Shown one piece after another: positions 50,981-61,000 of a DNA stretch of 64,000 nt; position 1 is the stretch's first letter; every line of letters begins with the position of its first letter. Made by a program: the position numbers and the translations under genes. The DNA lies in assembly GCA_964016885.1 (NCBI GenBank), contig OZ024741.1, positions 131,502,001 to 131,566,000 on the forward strand, given 5' to 3'. The DNA is from Eledone cirrhosa. Taxonomy: Eukaryota. Below the pieces are notes generated by a model. That model was not told the origin of the DNA and made no database searches. It worked only from the letters and a program-made list of their open reading frames with translations.

Positions 50981-52160
50981 AGTTGCATTTATCTTGCTTT
51001 ATGTTCATACGAGTTATCACCAAGTCACAACCAGTGACCTCAAGAGACAACAAGGTCCGCCATGTTCAACATGCATATTTAGTGTTTAGACTTGTGATGT
51101 ACTTATATTGACAGAATCTTCCTTAGTATATGGCAGTTCCCATTAGTACTATCTTTTGTATTTATCCTATACGCGGGTTTCCTGGGATTTGCGATAAGTA
51201 ATCATTAGACCCCTTAGGTATCATTTCCAGAGCGCCTACAACCACTGGTATTGTTTTAGTTCTCAATTTCCACATTTTTCCAATTTCTATCTCCAGGTCC
51301 TTATACTTGCTCAATTTTTCAAATGTTTTTATAGATACATTCTTGTCTATTGGAACAGACATATCAATTAGCAGGCATACCCTCTTTATAAAGTCCTTCA
51401 ATATTATATCAGGTCTATTTGCATCTATTTTTTCGGTCTGTTTGGATGCTAAAGTTCCACAAGATTGAGATGTGATCTTTTTCAAGTATGGGAGGTGGTT
51501 GATGCTCCCACCAATTCTTTTGATGGGGCAGGTCAAAATGCTTACACATTATCCAATGTATGTATTGTCTTCATACTGAATGACAAAAACCTCCTGACAA
51601 CGGGGGATATTTTGAAAATCTCTAAACATTTTTCAATCCAACTGTGTGGCAAACTATCGAATGCTTTTTTATAATCTAACCAAGCAATCGATAGATTTTT
51701 GTGTCTATTATGACAATCTTCCAGTATCATTTTTTTAACCAGAAGCTGATCCTTAAAGCCATATGAGCCTCGTTTACACCCTTTCTGCTCAATGGGAAAT
51801 AGGTCATTTGTTATCAGATGGTCATATGTGTATTCAGTTAGGACTGATGTTAAAATTTTATACATTGTGGTCAAGCAAGTTATCGGTCTGTAATTTTTGG
51901 GATTGTTTGTCTCATCATTCTTCGGAAGCAGGAATGTAATGCCGTTAACTAGCCATGATGGTATCTTTTCTGGCTCCTTAACTATTTCATTGTAAAGTTG
52001 GGCTAACAGCTCATGAGACTCTGTGAAGGCATTTATCCAAAAATTTTGTATTTTGTCTTTTCCTGGGGATTTCCATTTGCTGGTTTTTCTTAGAGCCAAG
52101 CGCAACTGTTCAACTGTTATATTTTCCCATATTTGTTCCTCAAGGTGAGCTGTATCTTTC
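50980..52160 (-). mobile_element. R4/Dong-like family 1 with large internal deletion at ~51567
   Basis: RT N-half (WKSPGKD, NYRPITCL, DYKKAFD) joined directly to the RLE/3'UTR; (ATT)n on both sides. Confidence 0.88.
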
Positions 52161-52191
<31 letters not shown>

Positions 52192-52402
52192 GACGAAAGT
52201 GGATGTACGTTTTTTGAAGCTCCGTGAGTAAGCAATTTTTTGAGGATTAATTGTAGAGAATTGTTTATTTTTTGTACCGCTGAAGCATTATAAGACATTA
52301 ATTTGTATCCTGTGAAGGAATAACTCATAATATTTGGGCCTTTTGGCCCAAATATTTGAACTTTATTTTGAAAAAAAATAATAATTTTTTTCTCAAAAAA
52401 AC

Positions 52403-54313
52403 ATGGCGGAGCCACGCCCCCTAGAGGCGGGTCTGCTGTCGTGCAACGGCGACTTGAGCGTTGAGAGGAGAGGTGAGGCGAGGAGCGCCACCAGCACGAA
52501 TGTGAGCAGCGACAGTGCCAGCACCAACGGGCCGAGCGGCGCGGAAGGTGGTAACAGCGACAACACCAACACCAACAAGCCGAACAGCGCAGAAGGTGGT
52601 AATAGCGAGAGCACCAACAAAACGAACAGCACAGAGAGTAATAGTAGCGACAGCAGCAGCACCAACAAGGCCAACAGCACAGAAGGTAACCACGACACAG
52701 GGGAGAACAACAACAGCAATAGCAGCAGCAACACCAACAAGAACAACAACAGTGACAACACCAACAAGAACACTTTCGCTGCTGTGGCAGCGGCTAAAAG
52801 GAGACCATGCTACAGCATCGACTTAACCAACAGAGAGGAAAAGTTGGCCCAGGCCTGGAAAATCATAAATCAAGAGCAGACCTGGGCAAACTTAACTGTC
52901 CCGGCAGAAGCCATTGAGGCAGTGGAAAAAAGAACGGTGCATTTCAGATGCATCTCAGTAGAGACAAAGAGGGCAGCGATAATCGCCCAAGCTGACATAG
53001 AAGCCGCACTGAAATACATCAGAGAGGACACAGACTTCATAGAGAGGGGCAGGCAATACGGCACCGTTTCGGTGCTGTTCAAGTCTGAAGCCCTCGCTGT
53101 GAAGCATTCAATGACCCCTTGCAAAACCAGCAAGGTCATAATGTACCCCTCCCACATGGGAAAACGAATAGCACGTGTGCGCATTCCCAGGATTCCACCA
53201 GGACTTGATATGTGGTGGCTCCTGGGTTGCGTAATCGTGGAAGGAACGGATACAGTCCCGGTAGAGGCAACGAGAACTGCCAGGGACGACTGGTCCGGGG
53301 TTGATCTGGAGATACTGCTCCAAATCAGACCCGAAAACGTAAAAACAATCCCGGACCACATCCGCCTCCAAAACGGGAGGGTGTTGCATATAATGACTGA
53401 GGGCAAAAGGCCGCATTGTTTCCTTTGTGGGGAAACGACACACTTGCGAGCCTTCTGCCCTCAACTGCCGAAAAGCGCAAGGGGTCGAACGATTCCACTG
53501 CTGGCGACGCCGGGACAAGGACCACCAGCAACACCGTCAACAATGGAACCACCAAAATTGCACACCCAGGGGGGAAACGAGGAAAGCTCTCCCATTCCCC
53601 CTCCCCCCCAAAATACACACACGAACAAGAACATAAACACTCACTCAGACACAAACACGCTCACAGCCACAGACCCCTCATCCTCCAGCAGTGAAGATGA
53701 GGGAAAACCAAAGTCCCCCAAAATACAAAAAACAAAACACAAAAAAAAAAGAAATCCACAAAGCACAAACACCCCCACAAAAAAAAATACACACACCACC
53801 CACACAAACATTTTCCCCACAGCATCACCAACACAACCACCAAAATCCCCCAAACGCAAACAAGCTAAACAGACACAAGAACAAATAGACACACAAACAT
53901 CAGAAACTACAGACACCCCACCCACAACAAACGCAGACACAATAGAAACAACACTAACAAAGCTATCACCACCACAATCACACGAACAAATAAAACCCGA
54001 GCAACAAAACATTAAAAACTTCGTGCTTGCCAGAAGGGCCAACAAGGAATTGATGGCCCATGTAGCACGAAGCACAAACATCGAAAAAGACGGGGAAACA
54101 TTTGAAGCGAGCACATTTCGCGTACCAGATAATTTGCTTCTGATGCGAATGTCGCTCGCTTCATACAAAGAAATTCGAAAGAGCTTTCCTCGGGATGTGG
54201 GAACCCCGAACGTAAAACCCACGTCAAGACTATTAAAGGGGTTCCCAAAAGAAACCCCACAAACCATGGAGGTCGAACCACCCGACCTTCACAAGACCCC
54301 GGAAGGTAAGTAA
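52403..54313 (+). CDS. Tx1 ORF1p (636 aa; N/S/T-rich N-terminus, zinc knuckle, low-complexity C-terminus)
   Basis: Uninterrupted ORF; CFLCGETTHLRAFC; homologous to ORF1 of A and C. Confidence 0.9.
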   Translation: MAEPRPLEAGLLSCNGDLSVERRGEARSATSTNVSSDSASTNGPSGAEGGNSDNTNTNKPNSAEGGNSESTNKTNSTESNSSDSSSTNKANSTEGNHDTGENNNSNSSSNTNKNNNSDNTNKNTFAAVAAAKRRPCYSIDLTNREEKLAQAWKIINQEQTWANLTVPAEAIEAVEKRTVHFRCISVETKRAAIIAQADIEAALKYIREDTDFIERGRQYGTVSVLFKSEALAVKHSMTPCKTSKVIMYPSHMGKRIARVRIPRIPPGLDMWWLLGCVIVEGTDTVPVEATRTARDDWSGVDLEILLQIRPENVKTIPDHIRLQNGRVLHIMTEGKRPHCFLCGETTHLRAFCPQLPKSARGRTIPLLATPGQGPPATPSTMEPPKLHTQGGNEESSPIPPPPQNTHTNKNINTHSDTNTLTATDPSSSSSEDEGKPKSPKIQKTKHKKKRNPQSTNTPTKKNTHTTHTNIFPTASPTQPPKSPKRKQAKQTQEQIDTQTSETTDTPPTTNADTIETTLTKLSPPQSHEQIKPEQQNIKNFVLARRANKELMAHVARSTNIEKDGETFEASTFRVPDNLLLMRMSLASYKEIRKSFPRDVGTPNVKPTSRLLKGFPKETPQTMEVEPPDLHKTPEGK

Positions 54314-54342
54314 ACCTTTCCTCTCCCATTCATCCTGCCAGC

Positions 54343-57300
54343 ATGGCCATAAGAGTAGGAAGTTTAAATGTTCGTGGCCTGGGGTCGCCCTGGAAGCAAG
54401 GTCACTTGCTCAACGACCTCAGGTCACTAGGAATGGATGTAATTGCCATCAGCGAGACCAGAATTTCCGACACACGCGCACTGGCGCCGATTTTCGACGA
54501 TTATCAGATCTTTGCATCTGTTAGTCGGCCGGGAATAGGAGGTGGAGTGGCTGTGCTGTTTAGGAAATGTCTGGATCTCGAGGTAAGGTCAATCTTCCGG
54601 GATCCTGACGGAAAGTTGGTGGTCCTGGACGTGAGCAATAGCGAAGGTGGTGCCTTTAGACTGGTGGCCGTCTACGCCCCTACTGGGGCCGGTCGGCCGG
54701 ACTTCTTTAGGCGCCTGGAAAACTTTCTGCTTACGTCTCGCCCTTTACTGTTAATAGGGGATTGGAATGGCATCTTAGAAGCACGCTGGGATTGTGTGGG
54801 AGTATCTGATAGGAGCGGGGGGTGCAAAAGCCTCAAGTACCTGATCAGCCAGTTTCAACTGTCTGACAGGTACCGACTAGATTTCCCTAATGCGCCAGTA
54901 TGGACCTGGACCAATCGCATAGGGTCATCTAGATCGTACATAGATAGGATTTTCATTAGGAAAAGAGATAGAAATAGTGTAGGATGTCCACATTTTAAAA
55001 CGGTTGCCTATTCAGATCACAAGCTTGTGATCTGTATGGTCGACCTAGATAAGACACGTAGGTTAGGACCTAGCTACTGGAAGCTAAACATGTCGTTTCC
55101 GGCACGTAAAGCTTACAGGGACCGGGTCAACAACTTAGTTAAGCAAAAGTTGACAGGGGGGGTTGTCAACAACAGGTGGTGGGGGGCACTCAAAAGAGAG
55201 ATTAGAGCAACCTCGATAGGATTTAGCAAAGAAGTAGCAATAGAGAAAAATAGAAAGGAGGAGGGGCTGATAGCTAAGTTAGACGAGGCTATTTGTAGTG
55301 GCATTGCAACAGACGTGCTAGCGGCGAGAATGGCACTAGACCATTTCTTCAATGCGAAACACGAAGGTTGCATTGTCAGAGCTAAGGCGCGTGCTCTGAG
55401 GAACGAGGGAACCAAAGCTGCCCGATGGGCTCGCTTTGCAGAGACGCAGCGTGGAAATAAAACCACAATTCGGTCTTTGACGGATCGAGATGGACACGAA
55501 CTGAGCGATTCCAAGCGGATGTGTGAGGCCTTTCGCCAGCACTTTGCTCGATTGTTCGGGAGGATGGGTGAGTCGGAGACGGCGGCGGACTTCAGTCCCT
55601 ACCTCGACGGCTTGCCACGCCTCTCGACGGCCGACGCTGAGCGCTGCGAAGAGCCGATAACATCAGCCGAAATTCAGGACGCCCTTGTCGGCTGCTCGAG
55701 TCGCAAGTCACCCGGTTTGGATGGTCTGCCCTACGAGCTTTACGTAAATATGCCAGACTTGTTCTCCGATCTCCTCGAAGCGCTCTACTGCAACTGGCAG
55801 CAGAACGGGAGCATTCCCAGTTCTGTGAGCCGTGGCGTAGTGACGCTGATAAGGAAAGACGAGAACAAGAGGGACACACTAGATAATTTCAGGCCCATAA
55901 CCCTGCTCAACACAGAGTTTAAGATTTTGGCCAAGGTGTTAGCGAAAAGGTTGGCGCTTGTCGTCAAAGATTTGGTTGGGGAGGCGCAAACTTGCGCAAT
56001 CCCGACCAGGTCCATACACGACAACCTCCACCTCATGCGATACATCATAGAGAGGGTTGGGTGCAAACCTGGCTTCGGTGGGGCTCTGATCAATTTAGAT
56101 CAATCGAAAGCATTCGATAGGGTCGACCATCGGTACTTGGAGGCTGTCCTCGAGGCGGCTGGCTTCGGCCCCGTCTTCAGAAGCTGGATCGCTGCAATGT
56201 ACAGCGGCATCCGCTCGGTGGTCAAAGTTAATGGCCACCTCTCGGAACCGTTTCAGATCTCTCGATCGGTCCGTCAAGGGTGCCCTCTCTCCTCACTTCT
56301 GTACGTATTGACTCTTGAGCCTCTACTGCGGAAGCTGGAGTTGTTGCAGGGCATCCCGCTCGAACCGGGACGTAGAAAGGCTGCGTCCGCTTATGCGGAC
56401 GACATCACCGTGATGGTGTCGGACACCTCGGAAATCGAGGTGATCCGCACCCATTTGGAGGAATATGAAAGGTTGACGGGAGCAAAACTTAACCCGGAAA
56501 AGTCGGTGGGCTTGCAGCTCGGCACCTGGAGAGGCAAGTCCATGCCGTCCAACAGCGTCGTTGGGCGCTGGACAGACGGACCGGTAAAGTTGCTCGGGGT
56601 TTGGTTCGGACCAGACCTCCAGGTGGATAAGAATTGGGACGAGGTGACGAGCAGGATAGCCAACCTCACCCAGAAATGGGCTGAGAGAAAGCTATCACTG
56701 AAAGGGCGGGCGGAGGTGGCGAACGCGTACATCGCGTCCGTCATCTACTACCGCCTGACCGTCGTGCCTTGCCCCCGTCCACGCCTCGCCAATTTGGAAC
56801 GGCTCCTTTTCAAATTTTTGTGGAGGGGACGGGTCCCGTTGGTGAGGCGGTCCATCTGCTGCCAGCACCCTCTTCGTGGAGGGCTGGGCATGCCGTGGCT
56901 AATGATGCGCAGACATGCGCTGAGGCTGCGACATCTCCAGATATTTTGCCTAAACGGTGAACAGGTGTGGTCGCCGTTTGTTAGACGGGCCTTTCCGCAG
57001 CTCATCTCTTTGACTGAGCTGCAGTCCTGGGTCAAGAAGAGACCGAGACTGGGCGACTGGCATCTGGAATGTTGCCAGGCGCTCACTGCACTCTGCAAGG
57101 TGGGCAATGCGGTCAGTGGAACTTCCACTCAAGATTTCTATAGAGGATTAGTGGAGGGCAAGTGCGATGACGTACTAGGAGAGGTTCTGGGCGTCAACGA
57201 AGTAGAACTGACCAGTATGTTCCGGAGGACTTTCGAGCCGGGGACGATGGATAACTTCCAGAAATCCCTCGCTTGGCAGTGCTACCGGGGGGCGCTGCCG

Positions 57301-57762
57301 GTTCGGGATAAACTCTACAGGCACGGAAGTGCTGTCAGACGAACCTGCCCGAGATGCGCGCAGAGCGACGAAACCGTTCTGCACGCACTCGTCCAGTGTC
57401 CGTGCATTGCTGACTTGTGGGGTTATGTCGAACAGCTATTGTCGCGTGTAGAACGGATCCGGCTATCGTCCGAGTCCATAGTGAAGATTGACCCGCCGCC
57501 TTCTTTTGGTCAGGAAGGGCAGGCAATTTTCCTCTGCCTGGTGGCAGTAGCGAAAGAGGTTGCATGGTGGACCAGGTTGAAAGGACTGAAGACAGACACT
57601 TTTCTCTTCGGCCAATCCCTCATCAACTTCTTCAAGTTTCACTTGGAAAGGAAGGTGAGGGTGGAGAGAGAAGTGCTGCCCCCCAGTACATTTACTGAAA
57701 GGTGGGTGAATGTGGCGAGAATGGCCCGCGTGAGTGGGCCTACTCTGATCATGCGCCTGTAG
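54343..57762 (+). CDS. Tx1 ORF2p (1139 aa; APE endonuclease, reverse transcriptase, CCHC)
   Basis: GSLNVRGL, ISET, VYAP, GDWN, SYIDRI, SDH; FRPITLLN, DQSKAFD, QGCPLS, AYADD; CPRCAQSDETVLHALVQC. Confidence 0.96.
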   Translation: MAIRVGSLNVRGLGSPWKQGHLLNDLRSLGMDVIAISETRISDTRALAPIFDDYQIFASVSRPGIGGGVAVLFRKCLDLEVRSIFRDPDGKLVVLDVSNSEGGAFRLVAVYAPTGAGRPDFFRRLENFLLTSRPLLLIGDWNGILEARWDCVGVSDRSGGCKSLKYLISQFQLSDRYRLDFPNAPVWTWTNRIGSSRSYIDRIFIRKRDRNSVGCPHFKTVAYSDHKLVICMVDLDKTRRLGPSYWKLNMSFPARKAYRDRVNNLVKQKLTGGVVNNRWWGALKREIRATSIGFSKEVAIEKNRKEEGLIAKLDEAICSGIATDVLAARMALDHFFNAKHEGCIVRAKARALRNEGTKAARWARFAETQRGNKTTIRSLTDRDGHELSDSKRMCEAFRQHFARLFGRMGESETAADFSPYLDGLPRLSTADAERCEEPITSAEIQDALVGCSSRKSPGLDGLPYELYVNMPDLFSDLLEALYCNWQQNGSIPSSVSRGVVTLIRKDENKRDTLDNFRPITLLNTEFKILAKVLAKRLALVVKDLVGEAQTCAIPTRSIHDNLHLMRYIIERVGCKPGFGGALINLDQSKAFDRVDHRYLEAVLEAAGFGPVFRSWIAAMYSGIRSVVKVNGHLSEPFQISRSVRQGCPLSSLLYVLTLEPLLRKLELLQGIPLEPGRRKAASAYADDITVMVSDTSEIEVIRTHLEEYERLTGAKLNPEKSVGLQLGTWRGKSMPSNSVVGRWTDGPVKLLGVWFGPDLQVDKNWDEVTSRIANLTQKWAERKLSLKGRAEVANAYIASVIYYRLTVVPCPRPRLANLERLLFKFLWRGRVPLVRRSICCQHPLRGGLGMPWLMMRRHALRLRHLQIFCLNGEQVWSPFVRRAFPQLISLTELQSWVKKRPRLGDWHLECCQALTALCKVGNAVSGTSTQDFYRGLVEGKCDDVLGEVLGVNEVELTSMFRRTFEPGTMDNFQKSLAWQCYRGALPVRDKLYRHGSAVRRTCPRCAQSDETVLHALVQCPCIADLWGYVEQLLSRVERIRLSSESIVKIDPPPSFGQEGQAIFLCLVAVAKEVAWWTRLKGLKTDTFLFGQSLINFFKFHLERKVRVEREVLPPSTFTERWVNVARMARVSGPTLIMRL

Positions 57763-58013
57763 GCTGGTGAATTCGAGAAGGAGAGGGGTGCCCTTCCCGG
57801 GTGCCCTAGGAGCGTCGGGTGGCTCAGGACTGGTGGGGTGCTTGAGTCAACCCTGGGTGGTGATCCCTCTTATTGGGGAACTTTCATTGTTGTACTTTTA
57901 TTGTTATTTTGTTTTTTTGTTATTTATACTTACTCGATCTCTATGTAAACCCCCACTGTCCCTGTCTATTGTGTTGTCCCCTATATGTCGGCCCTTGTGG
58001 CCAATAAATGAAA

Positions 58014-58057
<44 letters not shown>

Positions 58058-61000
58058 GAAGGTGAAGCTACGCTTCTTAACGGCTCCAGTTCTTTTCAAT
58101 AGTTTACCTCGTTTTCAACCGTTCTTAACCCTTTATTCAAGTTTTAAACTTGATAAGTTTAGAAGAAGTGACCCACCTAATACAGGGGTTCACTTGTAAA
58201 TAATACGGCACCCCTTTATGGCGTGTCGTATTATGTAAAAAAAAAAAAAAAATTATTTGAAAAAAATTTCTTTCAGCATGGATAACGCAAGAAAGAGAGA
58301 GAGCGCTGTCAGACAACACAGAGAGGGGGACTTTGTCAACATGTCAACAAGGCAGCGTTCTAGGGAGGGTAAATATAAGAGAAAATATTACGAAGGAAAA
58401 GAGAAACAATATCATTTTTAAAGATATTGTTACAGATTTAAAATTACCAAATATTACTAACACAAACAACACCAACAATAACACCACCAACAACACCATC
58501 AATAACAACAGCAACAACAAAAATAATAGCGGTAAGGTCGAGAAAGACAATAACAATGACAATAACAACAGCCACAACAACAATAGTAGTAGGAACAATA
58601 TCAACAAAAACAACAATAATAACAACAGCCACAATAACAGTAACAGAAGCAACAGTATCAACGAAAACAACAACAATGACAACAATAACAGCAACAACAG
58701 TACCAACGAAAACAACAACAATGACATCAATACCAGTAACAGGGATCTCAGCACCACCAGTAAGACCAGTAGCGGCAGCAATAGTGGTGTCGCTGAAAAA
58801 GAGACCACTTCTTTTGCAGGTATGGCCCGAAATATCGAAACAGTGTTAGTCACAGAGGAGGAGATGATAGTCGCAAGTGCCATGGTGACAAGAAACGCCA
58901 ATAGAGATTCCCTGAAACCTCCACCCGATGTTTTCAAGGACCATCAGCTACGGACGGTGACTTACCGCACCGTAAACAAAATGTCACATCGGGTGGAGAG
59001 AGCCACGGAGGCTCAAATCCAAAAGGCCTTGGGGTGCGTCTGGGCGCGCAAAACCCACATCACTCGAGGCAGAAAGTATGCCACAGTAGACGTACTTTTC
59101 TCTACCCCACAAGAGGCGAAGTCTCACTCTTTGGAAACCCTAAAGAGTGAGGAGATAGTCTTGGTGCCCTCCTACTGTGGGCAGAAAATTGTGAGGGTCA
59201 AAGTGACCCAGGTCCCACCCGACGTGCCCATACCTTGGCTGGCCGCGTCTGTCTTTGCTGGAATCGAGGACAGGACGACCATGCTGCAAGTAGAGAAAAT
59301 AAGGAGAGAGAACTGGTCAGGTATAGGCATGCAAATGCTTATACAAACTGACCAGGAGTGTATCGAGGCTATCCCCGATATCATAGACATCGAGGAAGGA
59401 TTCCAACTCCCTATAAGCGTAGAAGGAAGACGACAAAAACGTTATCTCTGTGGGTCAAAGGGTCACCTTAGACCTTTTGCCCGCAGAAGACAGCGAAGAA
59501 GAAGCCCCCTCTCCTCCTTCCAATGCCTAGTCCGCGGCTACCAAGAGCAGGGCAGGCAACAAACGCAGAAGACCCTTCCACGGTGAGTAGGAGGGCAACG
59601 TTCGTGGCACCCGTACTAATGCCACGGACAACTAAAACAGCAGCAACAGTGGCGGCAACACCAGTAGTTACATTTGCAGTAGCTGCACCAACAACAAAAT
59701 CGCCGGAGAGGGCTCCACTACCACCACCAACAGCCGTGGAGAATATACCCCTCCCAGACGCCACGGAATCCGACATGGAGTCTGAGGCGGGAGTTAAGTG
59801 GCAAACGGTTTGCCACAAAAAACAAAAAACAAAAAACCCTTAGCTTCACTCTCCAAAAGCGAAGGCAAACAAAGAGGGGTAAAGGATGCAAAGCGACTCG
59901 CATCAACGCCACCACCATCACCACCACCATCACCACCAACAACCACCACACCACCACCATCAGCATCACCACAAACATCAACATCGCAAACACAACAAGA
60001 CAAACATACCCAACAGCAGCAACAAGAAGACAGCAACAAAACCAACTCCCCCAAAAAACATTACACAGCCATAAGCATGGCAAATAAAGAACTCTTAGAA
60101 CATATAAAGCAGCACAGACATTACGGACAAAAATTACTACACCCCACCAACACCAAGAACTCTCCCGAAAAATATGAACATTATTGAAATTAAAATAGAA
60201 CAGTAACCAAAAGGATATACACCGACATCATCTTCGAGACACCCATGACTAGCCAAAGGGATGGTTCAACTGTCCCTTTCCCACACGATCAGAGTAGGTG
60301 ATCCTTTCTTACTTACTCCATTCATCACCCAACATGGCCTTACTTAGAATATTAGAATAGGCAGTATAAATGTACGTGGCCTGGGGTCATCTTGGAAGCA
60401 GGGCCACCTGCTTAACGATCTCAGGTCACTAAACATAGCACCGATTCTCGGCGGCTACAATGTAGGCGCATCTTCCAGCCGTCCGGGAGCGGGGGGGGGG
60501 GGGCGGAGTTGCTGTGCTTTTTCGGAGACGCTTGGATCTCGCCATCTTCCTGGAACCAGAAGGTAAGTCGGTGGTACTGGGCGTGACAGGCAGCGAAGGC
60601 AATGCTTTCAGGCTAGTAGCTGTCTACGCCCCAACAGGGGCAGGACGGCCAGATTTCTTCAGACGTTTAGAGACCTTTCTTGGAACGTCCCGCTCTTTAG
60701 TGTTAGTGGGTGACTGGAGCGGTATCTTAGATGCACGCTGGGATTATGTGGGGCTAGTAAATAAGGGGGGAGGATGTAAAAGCCTCACCAACCTACTCAG
60801 ACGTGTTCAACTGTCTGACAGGTATCGACTAGATTATCCGAATGTGCCAATGTGGACATGGGCAAACCGCATCGGGTCATCCAGGTCGTATCTAGATAGG
60901 GTATTGTGTAGGGAAACAGATAAGGCTAGCGTAGGTTGTCCACAATTTAAAGTAGTCGGCCACTCGGACCACAAATTTGGGATCTGTGAAGTCAACTTAG

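Larger units (their letters stand above)
52192..58015 (+). mobile_element. Full-length, apparently intact Tx1-clade LINE B
   Basis: 5'UTR, two open ORFs, 3'UTR with AATAAA; (ATT)n at 52161-52191 and 58016-58057. Confidence 0.96.

Noticed and set aside
54306-54341. 36-nt intron fusing ORF1 to ORF2
   Set aside because: Very short, leaves ORF2 out of frame, and the acceptor AG is absent in copies A and C.
52393-57565. Numerous antisense and alternate-frame ORFs within Tx1 elements
   Set aside because: Expected shadows of GC-richer coding sequence; no independent motifs.
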